From positions 124,001 through 188,000 of the IMG/VR virus record IMGVR_UViG_3300032245_001746: a stretch of DNA of 64,000 nucleotides, one strand, 5' to 3'. Below are positions 1-10,266 of this stretch, piece by piece; the stretch's first letter is position 1; the number at the start of each line of letters is the position of its first letter. The translations under genes and the position numbers were made by a program. The notes beneath the pieces are model-generated. The model searched no databases. It was not told where the DNA came from and was given only the letters and a program-made list of their open reading frames with translations.

Positions 1-2284
1 CAAGAGCAGTAGGTTTTCTTTGCAATGTCTTTTGACCAAACGCTATAAATCCTGTGTCTACGAATTGAATAATTGGATTGATAGCATTTCTGTTTCCATA
101 CATTGAATCTCTTTCTTCTAATGTAGGTCTGCTATAAACACCTGTTACTCCTGGCAATTGTCCTCTTGACATACCTGCTGGGGCAAACCAAGGTTCAGAT
201 AAAGCATCACTTCTTGCAATCATAGCCATTACAGATCCTGATGGTGGAACCCACACATCAATTCTGTTGAAATTATCACGAATCTTGACCCAGGGCCAAT
301 ACAATGCAGCAAAGTCACTATCAATCTTAGTCGAATTTAAAGGATGTGCTCCATTTTGCCATTTAATTATTTCATTTACGCCTAATCCAAATGGAGGATC
401 AATAATTGCCAAACAATCCATTCTATAGTTTTGACAAACATCAATTAATCCCAAAACAACACCTGTGCTAGAACGACCAGGAGCAGCAAGTAAGTCGATA
501 TCAATTTGTTCTGGATCGCTTAATGCGAACAAACCAGTTGAACCAACCACACTTCCGATAACTAAACTATCTTGAAGATCAGGATCAGATGGAATACCAT
601 CTGTTCCACCACTTAAAGAATAAGTTCCGTTTTTAGGTGGTGCAACTGCTAATGTATTATCAATTGCTGTTATGAAATCTGAATTTCTTATCAAATAAGT
701 TTCTACATAATATGTACTTGTTTGATCTTTAGTTAAATTACCATGACTTTCAACTTGAATACCATTGTTGTAGACTTCAATTTGAAAAGTTCCTTCTCTA
801 ACATCATTTTTTACTACAACTTGAGTTGTATTACCATCAATACCAGGACTATCAGCAGTAATTGTTAAACTATTGCTATCTGACACAGCAGAACCAGTTA
901 CAATTCCTAATTCTTGAATGTTTACATCACCAGTCACGCCTGAAGTTGTAGCTCCAGTAGATGTAGTTCCGTCAAAATCAAATATTTCAAATGCTGTAGA
1001 TTCTGATTTAACCAATATTTTAGCATCTTTTCCACTATGTAATGTGACTAAAGTTACATTATTTGCAGCATAAAGAGCGTGTGTTGTAAGGTTTACTGTT
1101 ACACCATTAATTACAGGTCCATTTGCAACTGATCCACCAACTGCGTAAAATCCGCCCATTATGGTTCCATCAGTGATTTGACTGTTAATTTCATTAACTA
1201 TGTCTGCAGTTGAGTTACTTAATCCTTCTAATGCTTCTAAATCAATTACTTGAACAGTATTATCAATTGCTGCATTTTCGCTACCATCTACTACAACTAA
1301 AAGTTGTAAATTTGAAGCACCAGTAAAATCCCAAGTTCCATCTACAGCATAACCAGTGCTGTATCCAGCAGCACCACTTGTTGTTTCTGCTTGAGTCATT
1401 TCTGTTCCTAAACTTATCATTCCAGAAAGTTTAGAATCTTTTTTAACTACGTGTGAATTACTCCAAGTTCTAGCTGCACCTAAAGTAATCGTATTTGTTG
1501 TGTAATTTACTGAAGTAATACTTGATGAAACGTTGTTTACAGTGATAGAATCGCCAGCGTAAAACATTGAAGCATCTGTAACTATCAAAGTTGTAGAGCT
1601 TGATCCTGAACCAACTGCAGTTGTACTAACTGTACCAGGAACTGCTTTTCCATATAATGAATTTTGAACACTGACTAATTCCAAAGAACTATCTGGTCCA
1701 TAAGAAAAAGTTGTTGAAACTTTTAATTTATTATCAGTTGAGCATGAAAATTCAATTCCGTCTACAGAAGATGATAATTGATCATTTAATTCTTCTACAA
1801 GTTCTGAACAAGTATATTTTCCAGCAGGAACTAACAATGTTTTAACAGATTCAATTCCGTTAAGTTTCCATTTAAAAAATGCATCAACATCAAAAACATA
1901 ACTTCCAGCAACGTTTGATTGTAAAACAATCGAAGCTCCAGCAACTGGAACATTCACAGATGCTGTTTTTGCAGCTTCATCATTTACAGAATTTGTTTCT
2001 GCAACTCTAACAATATAGAGTTCATTAGCAACAAGAAGATATTGTTCTGCAGCATATATCATGTATGGATCACCATTATCTGGGTGACCATAACCAAATA
2101 TTGTATGTAATTGTCTTGAAGATGCGATTGCAGTAGCTTTATTGATAGGTCCTTTGCTTGCAAATCCAACAAGTCCAGCACGATGAAAACTTTGTTGTGG
2201 ATTAACAAAACTTTCATCTTTTTCAATTATTCTAACTTGTGGTGATAATGTATTTGAAGGTGGAAAACCTTTTAGTATAGCCAT
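1..2284 (-). CDS. Contractile tail sheath protein (runs off window start; absent from ORF track)
   Basis: Manual translation from ATG at 2284: MAILKGFPPSNTLSPQVRIIEKDES...VGFASKGPINKA...FG...; downstream AALYWPWVKIRD..VWVPPSG..PWFAPAGMSRG..INPIIQF sheath motifs; GGGAGA RBS. Confidence 0.93.
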   Translation of the reverse strand, partial: MAILKGFPPSNTLSPQVRIIEKDESFVNPQQSFHRAGLVGFASKGPINKATAIASSRQLHTIFGYGHPDNGDPYMIYAAEQYLLVANELYIVRVAETNSVNDEAAKTASVNVPVAGASIVLQSNVAGSYVFDVDAFFKWKLNGIESVKTLLVPAGKYTCSELVEELNDQLSSSVDGIEFSCSTDNKLKVSTTFSYGPDSSLELVSVQNSLYGKAVPGTVSTTAVGSGSSSTTLIVTDASMFYAGDSITVNNVSSSITSVNYTTNTITLGAARTWSNSHVVKKDSKLSGMISLGTEMTQAETTSGAAGYSTGYAVDGTWDFTGASNLQLLVVVDGSENAAIDNTVQVIDLEALEGLSNSTADIVNEINSQITDGTIMGGFYAVGGSVANGPVINGVTVNLTTHALYAANNVTLVTLHSGKDAKILVKSESTAFEIFDFDGTTSTGATTSGVTGDVNIQELGIVTGSAVSDSNSLTITADSPGIDGNTTQVVVKNDVREGTFQIEVYNNGIQVESHGNLTKDQTSTYYVETYLIRNSDFITAIDNTLAVAPPKNGTYSLSGGTDGIPSDPDLQDSLVIGSVVGSTGLFALSDPEQIDIDLLAAPGRSSTGVVLGLIDVCQNYRMDCLAIIDPPFGLGVNEIIKWQNGAHPLNSTKIDSDFAALYWPWVKIRDNFNRIDVWVPPSGSVMAMIARSDALSEPWFAPAGMSRGQLPGVTGVYSRPTLEERDSMYGNRNAINPIIQFVDTGFIAFGQKTLQRKPTAL

Positions 2285-2296
2285 ATTTATTCTCCC

Positions 2297-2503
2297 TTAT
2301 TTGCCTTTAATAATTCTTTTTTGTTTAATAAAACCTGCTTTTTCAGCATTATCTACATGTTCTGTATGTCTTTCATCTTCAAGAAGATAAACATTTTTTC
2401 CAGCACCAATTCCTGGTATATTTAAAACAGTAAATTCTTTTCCAACTTTTTTTCTTATCAAAAGTTGAACTGGAGTTCTTGTTTTATTTGTTATTTCTAT
2501 CAT
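2297..2503 (-). CDS. Small hypothetical protein in tail operon
   Basis: 68-aa ORF tightly packed between gp15-like and sheath genes. Confidence 0.7.
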   Translation of the reverse strand: MIEITNKTRTPVQLLIRKKVGKEFTVLNIPGIGAGKNVYLLEDERHTEHVDNAEKAGFIKQKRIIKGK

Positions 2504-2504
2504 T

Positions 2505-3428
2505 TTATGTTTCTTGTCTATCGTAAGTTTGATTTATATCTAGTTCATTGGTACTGTTATGTATATCAGTTTTGATTTTCAAAACAGTTTTATTTCTTAT
2601 GATTGGTTGTGGTATATATGTTTTTGTTGTAAAATTAATTTGATATTTTACAACTCTTACTTCTTTATCACCAGGTTCATAATTAATATTGTTTGCAAAT
2701 GAATCTAAACTAACTGTTACTTCCCAAGGAACATTTTGTACTTTTATATATGCTTGAGGACTAAATTTTAAAATAATTTGTTCTAATATTTGGTTCATAT
2801 CTTCTACATACAAACTCCAAATATACATTGTATAAGATATATCTATTGGTATTCCGCGAGTAACTCCAAATATAGTGTCTTTATCTTTTAATTCACTTCT
2901 CATAGAATCTTTTACATAAAATTTTGCTTTATGATAAGTAAATCTTGACATATCAGGAGCCAAACCTGATGAATGTATTGCCATTAATGGTAATACAGGT
3001 CTATCTACAACCAAACTATTATCTTTTCTAACATTATTTGCTAATATATACGCAACTGCTTTTTCTTGATTTGCACCTATTATCGGAACAGGATGTGCTT
3101 TTCCATCTTCATCTAAAACTATTATGTCTTTAAATAAATCCTTCATGCCTTGATCACAACCTCTTAAAGCATTACTATAACGATTTATAACATTATTATT
3201 GACTGGTTTTGATATGTCGTTAATTATAGATCCAGATTGCATTGGATCTGTAGTTGCACTAATGCCTATTTTTTTCAATTTACCAAAATCTTTAAATAAT
3301 TTATTGTTGTCATTACCACAATGTAATGAAGCTTTTTCTTCATTTAAAGAATTTGTAACAAGATTTATTTCGCTACATTCTTTTGATGTATTACCATTAT
3401 GGTTGTTAATATTAAATATCTTAGGCAT
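2505..3428 (-). CDS. Tail terminator / sheath stabiliser (T4 gp15-like)
   Basis: VPII..QEK, LPLMAI, PIDISYTMYIW..EDMNQILEQIILKFSP pattern; position upstream of sheath. Confidence 0.8.
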   Translation of the reverse strand: MPKIFNINNHNGNTSKECSEINLVTNSLNEEKASLHCGNDNNKLFKDFGKLKKIGISATTDPMQSGSIINDISKPVNNNVINRYSNALRGCDQGMKDLFKDIIVLDEDGKAHPVPIIGANQEKAVAYILANNVRKDNSLVVDRPVLPLMAIHSSGLAPDMSRFTYHKAKFYVKDSMRSELKDKDTIFGVTRGIPIDISYTMYIWSLYVEDMNQILEQIILKFSPQAYIKVQNVPWEVTVSLDSFANNINYEPGDKEVRVVKYQINFTTKTYIPQPIIRNKTVLKIKTDIHNSTNELDINQTYDRQET

Positions 3429-3441
3429 TTATTCCTCAAAT

Positions 3442-3449
3442 TATTTATA
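3442..3449 (-). promoter_or_regulatory. T4-type late promoter TATAAATA
   Basis: Exact TATAAATA on minus strand just upstream of the GAGG RBS of the gp15-like gene. Confidence 0.5.
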
Positions 3450-3491
3450 ATAGTAAACTTTAATTTATTTACTAATTACTATTTATCTATT

Positions 3492-3647
3492 ATGAAACAT
3501 TTTAAAATTAGAAAAAAAGAAGAAAGAAAAAAATATAAAATTATTGAAAATATACAAAGTCTTTCTAAGCCCAGAATACCTTTTTATTTTTTCAAAAAAG
3601 TAAGAAAAATACAAAGATATGTTGAGGAAAATTTTAATATTAATTAA
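3492..3647 (+). CDS. Small basic hypothetical protein
   Basis: ATG at 3492 gives a 51-aa Lys-rich ORF filling the intergenic gap. Confidence 0.4.
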   Translation: MKHFKIRKKEERKKYKIIENIQSLSKPRIPFYFFKKVRKIQRYVEENFNIN

Positions 3648-4177
3648 AAAGGTTTAATGACTGGAGGACTTTTTTCTGTAACTTTGCCACTACTTGTTGT
3701 AATAGATTCTTGAAATTGTTTGCATATTAATATGGTTCTCATGTTTCCCCATAATTTAAATTCAGCATAATTTCTTTGAACAATTTCCCAATTTTCACCC
3801 AAATGTGGTGTATGAATTCTAGATCCTATTTTTGGCATGTGTCCAATTCTTTTAATTAAGTCATTAGTGTTGCACTCAATTGCAATTTCATTCATAGAAT
3901 CAAGACCAAATTGATTTAAAAAATTTTGCGATGCAACTGGATCATATAATCCCCAAAATTCAACAGGAAAATTAGAAAATATTTTTCCTCTAGCTTCATT
4001 ATAATCTGGATCTATTTCGCTATTAGCTATGAAAACTTCATAATAATAAATTGGACTACCAGATGACATTATAGTTTCTTGATCCCATAGATCAAACAAT
4101 TTTAATTGATTGTTTTTAGGATCAAATTGTCTTATACCCCCGCCAGCTTTGTATTCAGTTCCATCTGAATTTTTCAT
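3644..4177 (-). CDS. Neck / head-closure protein (T4 gp14-like)
   Basis: G.PIYYY, DPDYNE, QFGLDS.NE, PKIG.RI, WEIV pattern typical of gp14-like proteins; gene context. Confidence 0.65.
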   Translation of the reverse strand: MKNSDGTEYKAGGGIRQFDPKNNQLKLFDLWDQETIMSSGSPIYYYEVFIANSEIDPDYNEARGKIFSNFPVEFWGLYDPVASQNFLNQFGLDSMNEIAIECNTNDLIKRIGHMPKIGSRIHTPHLGENWEIVQRNYAEFKLWGNMRTILICKQFQESITTSSGKVTEKSPPVIKPF

Positions 4178-4698
4178 TTTTTAGGTCCTCGTTTTAGAGA
4201 AACTCCTTTTAATTTAGCAGAATGTCTGTCCGGTTCGTCTTTTAGAGAGAACATTAATTTTCTTGCTTCTGCTGTAATTTCTGCTGCCGAGTCACCAGAA
4301 CATTTTTTCTTATCTTGTAAAGATATTGTTTTTACATCTTTATTATAATATCCTTTTCCAATTATAAATGATCCACCACTATAATCAGGATGAAAATAAA
4401 TGATTCCAACCCATGTTCCATCTATCCAATTGTTTTTTGATACAATTATTCTTACAGGATCTTGTTCGTACACATGTTTAATGTGATATCCATTTTGTTT
4501 TAATGCTGCACCAACATAACCTAAAGAAATTTTAGCATATGCTTTTAAAATTTCTTTTAATTTACTTCTAAAATTCACTTCAATACTATAACGACCAGTT
4601 GTTTGTTCATTTAATATGTTGTTGTTAACACACCATTCATTTAAGGATGTGCTTTCATTAATTTTATTGAACATTGACCAATCTTTGTATGATTTCAT
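4174..4698 (-). CDS. Hypothetical protein with capsid-targeting-like leader
   Basis: N-terminus MKSYKDW...INE. Confidence 0.7.
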   Translation of the reverse strand: MKSYKDWSMFNKINESTSLNEWCVNNNILNEQTTGRYSIEVNFRSKLKEILKAYAKISLGYVGAALKQNGYHIKHVYEQDPVRIIVSKNNWIDGTWVGIIYFHPDYSGGSFIIGKGYYNKDVKTISLQDKKKCSGDSAAEITAEARKLMFSLKDEPDRHSAKLKGVSLKRGPKK

Positions 4699-4711
4699 TA
4701 TTTGTTATATA

Positions 4712-5236
4712 TTATCTTAATTCAATTTTTTTAGATTCACCAGCACTTGGAGAAAACACTAATTCTTTAATTTTTATTTTTTTACCAAAAAATTCTTTGT
4801 TGCCCACTAATTCTTGGCATTTTCCTTTTTTTACGTATGCTAGAGTACAATGAGGCTTATATCCATTATAAGTTGATGTATATTTTAAAGATTTTAATTT
4901 ATCATTTAATTTTCTTAATTTGTCGCTTTCAACTTCTATTTTTACAACATCATAATCATCATTTTCAAATTTACTTATTTTTCCTAATTTTATTTCAAAT
5001 TCTTTTTCGTCTTTAATTATTTCTTTAATTTCATCAAATTCTGTTGTGTGTAATCCGTATAATACAGTAACATGAGGTTCTGTTTCATATCCTGATTTAT
5101 TTTCTTTATAATATAAATCATCTTTAGAAATATTTTTTTTAGCCCAACTTAATATTTTATCATATTCTACTGTTGCCATTACACATGAATAAGTGTATGA
5201 TTCGTTTAAAACAACCCAATTTTTAAAATCTAACAT
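4712..5236 (-). CDS. 2H phosphoesterase, Acb1/T4 gp57B-like
   Basis: Two HxT motifs: EPHVTVLYG and YKPHCTLAY; leader MLDFKNW...LNE. Confidence 0.8.
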   Translation of the reverse strand: MLDFKNWVVLNESYTYSCVMATVEYDKILSWAKKNISKDDLYYKENKSGYETEPHVTVLYGLHTTEFDEIKEIIKDEKEFEIKLGKISKFENDDYDVVKIEVESDKLRKLNDKLKSLKYTSTYNGYKPHCTLAYVKKGKCQELVGNKEFFGKKIKIKELVFSPSAGESKKIELR

Positions 5237-5266
5237 GTTTTTATTTATTATTTAACAAGACAAAAT

Positions 5267-5506
5267 ATGCAAAAATTATCTGAAGAAAATAAAAAAATTA
5301 TTTTTCAATCAATTGTTGAATTGAAAAAAGTTTTAAATCAAAATCATTCTAAAATAAATAAAAAATCAAGAGGTGGAGCACAAGTTGGTTGTATTTGTGG
5401 AAATTCACAAACTTGTGTACCTTGTAGTGGTTTAGCATTTATTAAATCTGCTATCGTTTATAACGATAAAGAAATGCTTGAATTTATTGGAAAAACTTGT
5501 TTATGA
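5267..5506 (+). CDS. Small Cys-rich hypothetical protein
   Basis: CICG..CVPC cluster. Confidence 0.55.
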   Translation: MQKLSEENKKIIFQSIVELKKVLNQNHSKINKKSRGGAQVGCICGNSQTCVPCSGLAFIKSAIVYNDKEMLEFIGKTCL

Positions 5507-7137
5507 TTGATTTAGAAAAATTAGAAAAACCATATGAAAAATATACAATTAGATCAATAATTCCATTAATTTGTGATTATTGTGGTTGTTCATTTAGTAG
5601 AGTTAAAAAATCTATTGAAAGATTAAATGTTAATTGTAAAAAAGATAGTTGTGGCTCTAAAGAATGCACAAAATTAAAGAAAAATGATGTAAATGTTAAT
5701 TTATTTGGATCTGAAAATTACTTCACATCAGAGGTTTTTAAAGAAAAACAAAAAGAAACAAATTTAGAAAAATTTGGCACTGAAGAATATTTTGATTCTA
5801 ATGATTTTAAAAACAAGAGAAAAGAAACTTTAATCGAAAGATATGGAGTTGATTCCCCTCTTAAAGATGAATCAATTAAAGAAAAACAGAAAAATACAGT
5901 TTTAAGTTTGTATGGAAAAACAAATTATGCTCAAACTGATGAATATAAAGAAAAATTAAAATTAGTTGATATTAATTATGATGAACTCATAAAGAAAAGA
6001 GATCAAACATCTTTAAATAAATATGGTGTTACAAGTTATTGTAAAACTGACGAACATAAAAAAAGAAAAAAAGAAACATGTTTAAAAAAATATAGATTTG
6101 ATCACAGTTCTAAATCAGAATTAAATAGACAATTAGCAAAAGATACGTGTGTTAAAAAATATGATGAAATTAGTTATTCTAAAACAAATGAATTTAAAGA
6201 AAGATACAAAAACACATGTATGGAACGATATGGAGTGCCAACAGTTTTAATGTTGGCAAAAAATAGAATTTATGGCAAAACAGAAAATGAATTAAAAAAT
6301 TTTATTAACTCATTTGGTTTTGATTTTAAAAAAGATTTTTCTGTATTAAATGGAAAAGAATTAGATTTATATGATGAAACTAAAAAAATAGCAATTGAAT
6401 ATTGTGGATTATATTGGCACAATGAATTTTCTTCTCTTAAAAAAGATAAAAATTATCATTATAATAAATACAAAACATGTAAAGATCAAGGAATTCACTT
6501 AATTACCATATTTTCTGATGAATGGGATTATAAAAAAACTCAATGTAAAAATTTCATAAAATCTATTCTTGGAGTTTATGAAACAAAAATTTTCGCAAGA
6601 AAATGTGAAATTAAAGAAATTGATAAAAAAAACTGTTGCAATTTTTGTGATCTATATCATATACAAGGATCTGTTAAAAAACATAAAGTTAGTTATGGAA
6701 TTTTTTATCAAAATGAATTATTAGGAGTAATTTCACTTGGACAACACCATAGAAACACACGTGCAAATAACATTGTTTTAAATCGACTTTGTTTTAAAGA
6801 TGGTTTTCAAATTGTTGGTGGAGCAAGTAAATTATTTAAACATTGTATTAATTGGGCAAAATTAAATGGTTATGAAAGCATAATCTCTTGGAGCGATAAT
6901 AGATGGTCGGTTGGAAGTGTTTATAAAGCTTTAAATTTTCAATTAGATGAAGAGTTAAAACCAGATTATAGCTATGTAAATTTAAGAAATTGTAAAAAAA
7001 GATTATCAAAACAATCTCAAAAAAAATCATCATCAAACTGTCCTAAAAATAAAACAGAATATCAATGGGCAATAGAAAGAGGATTAGCAAGGATATGGGA
7101 TTGCGGAAAAATAAGATGGAAATATACTATCCCATAG
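5503..7137 (+). mobile_element. Free-standing homing endonuclease (Hef-like PD-(D/E)xK with T.L.KYG repeats)
   Basis: Repeated TxLxKYG units; ELDLY..KKIAIEYCGLYWH, LITIFSDEW, IFARKC, RIWDCG; opposite strand within neck gene cluster. Confidence 0.8.
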
Positions 7138-8005
7138 TAATTATACCTGGGTCTCCAAATTTATAAATTAAATCTTCCATCCATTGTTTTCTTTCTTCTT
7201 TTGCTTCTTGAATTAATTGATCTCCATCAAGTTGTATTCCACCATTAGGTCCAGGTAAATTTTTAATTCTTCCTCGAATACGTCCCAAAATTTCTTTGGC
7301 ATAGGATAACGCGCCTTCTGTCATTGCTTGTGTTACATTTTCCCAGTCTTTACATTTTTGTATATAATGAATAGCAACTTTGTTCATATTATATGGAACT
7401 GGATATAATTTAATGTGTTTATATCCACCTATAAATTCCCATCCACCTAAATTAGATGAAACTCTACTATACATAGTTTCATACGTTTTATATAATGTCC
7501 ACTCTCCCATTCGACCCCAAATTGGTTGTATTGGATCAATTAATCCGCCTTGTATAGAAGCATAATTTCCACCTGGGTAAAAATATTCAATAGGAATTGT
7601 TCCACCTAAATCTGTTGCTTGAAATGCAAAAGTTCCCATATTTTTATATTCTACACTTCTTACATAACCAATATCATCTGGCATTTCATAAATACTTTGT
7701 CCAGGTTTTGTGGTAAATGTATAATAAGAATAAAAATCTCTTGGAGCATAATCTTCTACTATTTTTAAAGCTTGATTGATACAAAAATCAATATTTTGTT
7801 CATCTAATTCTAATTGAATATTAGGAGCACCTAACATATTCAAGATATAATCTCTTATTTCTTCTCTAACTTTTTCTCTTTTAGGTCTAGGACCAACATT
7901 TTTACAACCACCAGATGGTCCAGAACATGATGTTGAACACATCACTGAATTAACACCTTGTGAGGTTGGTCTTCCTAAAGCTATAGTATTATTTCCGCAT
8001 GACAT
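7127..8005 (-). CDS. Neck protein (T4 gp13-like)
   Basis: DYIL.MLGAP.I.LELDEQ.ID.CI..AL and LPGPNGGIQLDG..L..EA.EE motifs. Confidence 0.85.
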   Translation of the reverse strand: MSCGNNTIALGRPTSQGVNSVMCSTSCSGPSGGCKNVGPRPKREKVREEIRDYILNMLGAPNIQLELDEQNIDFCINQALKIVEDYAPRDFYSYYTFTTKPGQSIYEMPDDIGYVRSVEYKNMGTFAFQATDLGGTIPIEYFYPGGNYASIQGGLIDPIQPIWGRMGEWTLYKTYETMYSRVSSNLGGWEFIGGYKHIKLYPVPYNMNKVAIHYIQKCKDWENVTQAMTEGALSYAKEILGRIRGRIKNLPGPNGGIQLDGDQLIQEAKEERKQWMEDLIYKFGDPGIITMG

Positions 8006-8051
8006 AATCCTATATAGTTTTTAATTTTTATTTTAAATAAGAAAGTTTTTT

Positions 8052-8339
8052 ATGAGTAATTGGATGCAACATTTAAGTAATTTATACTATAGACCAATAA
8101 GAAAAATTGTTTTTGATTTAGTTAAAAATAATTATAATTATGATAAAATTTTAGAATCTGTATCTAAAAGCATACAGAATAATGAAGATTATGAAAATTT
8201 TGGAAAAATGTTGTTAGCAATATATGAAGCTGGATATTTTAGAGCGATTGATGATCATAAAAGTGAATTGGCAAAATTAGGTTTAAAAATCAATTTAAAA
8301 CAAGTAGAAGAACCAAAAAAAGATAGTCCAATTTTTTAA
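8052..8339 (+). CDS. Hypothetical protein
   Basis: 95-aa ORF. Confidence 0.65.
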   Translation: MSNWMQHLSNLYYRPIRKIVFDLVKNNYNYDKILESVSKSIQNNEDYENFGKMLLAIYEAGYFRAIDDHKSELAKLGLKINLKQVEEPKKDSPIF

Positions 8340-8980
8340 AAACTTCTTTGTTCATTCGTTATTTCTGCATAAATCAAATATTCATCATCTTGTTGTTTTA
8401 TGTTTTTAATTTTCCACCATCTAAGCATTTCAAGTTTTTGTCCATTTTTATATTTACTTGGAAATATAATTGATTTTAAAGTTAAATTTTGTTGTTTAGT
8501 ATAAATGCATATTTCAATATCGCTTGAATCTACAATAAATCCTTCAAACATGTGTTTTTTACCATAAAGAACATTTTCATTGCTATTTATTGCTGGATGG
8601 CAATGTATCAATACAATTTGATCTTTTGGTATATCATTATCATTTAACTCTGAAGTTAATTCAATGCGTTCTTCAAAATGTTGTTCAACTACAATTTTTT
8701 CTTCAATTTCAACTTTTGGAATTTCTTTATTTTCGATTTTTACTTCTTCAATTTTAGTTTTTGGAATAATTTCTTCAAATTGTTCTTCTATTTCTGCATT
8801 TATTTCTTTAATATCTTCAACAGATATATTATTAAATTCTTCTAAATCAAATAAAACTGATTTCCATTTAAAATTATGAAATTCAAGTTGTTTTTTTGGT
8901 AACACAACTTGATCTTTAACTAAAGGATTAGGTTCACTAAATAATTTATATGGTTTACCGTCTTTATTTAATAGTGGCAT
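8336..8980 (-). CDS. Hypothetical protein
   Basis: 214-aa ORF; N-terminal N.DG..YK resembles the start of the gp14-like gene. Confidence 0.7.
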   Translation of the reverse strand: MPLLNKDGKPYKLFSEPNPLVKDQVVLPKKQLEFHNFKWKSVLFDLEEFNNISVEDIKEINAEIEEQFEEIIPKTKIEEVKIENKEIPKVEIEEKIVVEQHFEERIELTSELNDNDIPKDQIVLIHCHPAINSNENVLYGKKHMFEGFIVDSSDIEICIYTKQQNLTLKSIIFPSKYKNGQKLEMLRWWKIKNIKQQDDEYLIYAEITNEQRSF

Positions 8981-9107
8981 AGTGATATTTTAAACATGTA
9001 AAGAGTTTGTTATTAAATAAATCATAAAAAAATTAATTTCATTAACAAAAAATGGCTTATTGTTTTGTTCAATTAATGTTAATAATAAAAAATCAATTAA
9101 ATAATTT

Positions 9108-9428
9108 TTAATTTGTTGAAAATTTTGCATTAGCACTTCCTTTTAAAAATATGCATTTATTATATGTTTTTTTATTAACTATATTGGCTATACTTGCCTG
9201 AGAAACACTAAAAATTTTTGAAATTTCTTCTTGTGTTTTTCCATTATTATATAGATTTCTTATAATTTCTGCTTTTTTATGATTTAATTTGTTTGGTTGT
9301 TTTTTTATATTTGGTTGATACAATTCATATTTAATCAACCATCTTCTTATTGTTCTTTCACTTTTTTTAAAAAACAAAGATGCTTCTTTAATGTTATTCT
9401 TAAATTGTTCTAAATCTTTTTTTTCCAT
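9108..9428 (-). CDS. HTH DNA-binding protein
   Basis: SERTIRRW and TQEEISKIFSVSQASIANIV helix-turn-helix patterns. Confidence 0.65.
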   Translation of the reverse strand: MEKKDLEQFKNNIKEASLFFKKSERTIRRWLIKYELYQPNIKKQPNKLNHKKAEIIRNLYNNGKTQEEISKIFSVSQASIANIVNKKTYNKCIFLKGSANAKFSTN

Positions 9429-9503
9429 GTCAACATTATAAAATAGTTAATTTTTTTAAAAAAACCAATATATAATTTCAATTATTCTTAAAAGGAGATA
9501 AAA

Positions 9504-9905
9504 ATGGCATTACAAGCACCTACAGTTGGCGAAGTTGCATTATTGCAATATATTACAAATACAGTTGCACCAACACAATTAGTATTACATTTATATAATA
9601 ACGATCCTACAATTTCAGCATCAACAGTTATTACAAACATTACAGAAGTACCATCAGGTATTGGTTATGTTCCAATTACATTAGCTGGAACGAATTGGAC
9701 AACAACAACTCCTGGTGGGTTAGGTACAGCAGTACATTCTGAATGTACATTCTCATTTACAACAGCACACAGTGTTTACGGTTATTATATAACATCAACA
9801 TCTTCAACAAAATTGTTGTGGATGGAAAAATTCTCAGGAGCACCTTTCGTATTGCCAGCAGGCGGCGGAACAATTACAATTTCACCACGTGTTTCATTGC
9901 AGTAA
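9504..9905 (+). CDS. Probable virion structural protein
   Basis: Thr/Gly-rich beta protein (LHLYNND, VYGYYI, LLWMEKF); strong AAGGAG RBS; own terminator. Confidence 0.65.
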   Translation: MALQAPTVGEVALLQYITNTVAPTQLVLHLYNNDPTISASTVITNITEVPSGIGYVPITLAGTNWTTTTPGGLGTAVHSECTFSFTTAHSVYGYYITSTSSTKLLWMEKFSGAPFVLPAGGGTITISPRVSLQ

Positions 9906-9930
9906 TGATTTGTACACTATTTTAAATTTC

Positions 9931-9964
9931 AAAAAACCCATAATTTTAAAATTATGGGTTTTTT
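9931..9964. terminator. Intrinsic terminator (perfect 34-bp palindrome)
   Basis: AAAAAACCCATAATTTT/AAAATTATGGGTTTTTT. Confidence 0.8.
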
Positions 9965-10011
9965 ACTTTGTAGTTTTGCATAAGATAACTTTAATCAGAA
10001 AGAGTTTATTT

Positions 10012-10266
10012 ATGACAAAAGAAGAATTAGAAACATTGTATAAAAATTGTGACAGTGAAGATGATTTTGATTATGATAAATATGAAGAAACAATCAATGA
10101 TCGCAATGGAGCATGCTTTACATATAATAAAGAGGAAAGAAATGACACTTACGATCAAGCAATGATTGATTACATGGAAGAACAAGGATTTGTTATTTAT
10201 GATGATCCTTATTCTCAAAATATGTGTTGTAATGTTGGATGGGTAGTGTTTCCACCAATTAAATAA
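10012..10266 (+). CDS. Small acidic hypothetical protein
   Basis: ATG at 10012 preferred over the track start, which overlaps the terminator; ends GWVVFPPIK. Confidence 0.65.
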   Translation: MTKEELETLYKNCDSEDDFDYDKYEETINDRNGACFTYNKEERNDTYDQAMIDYMEEQGFVIYDDPYSQNMCCNVGWVVFPPIK

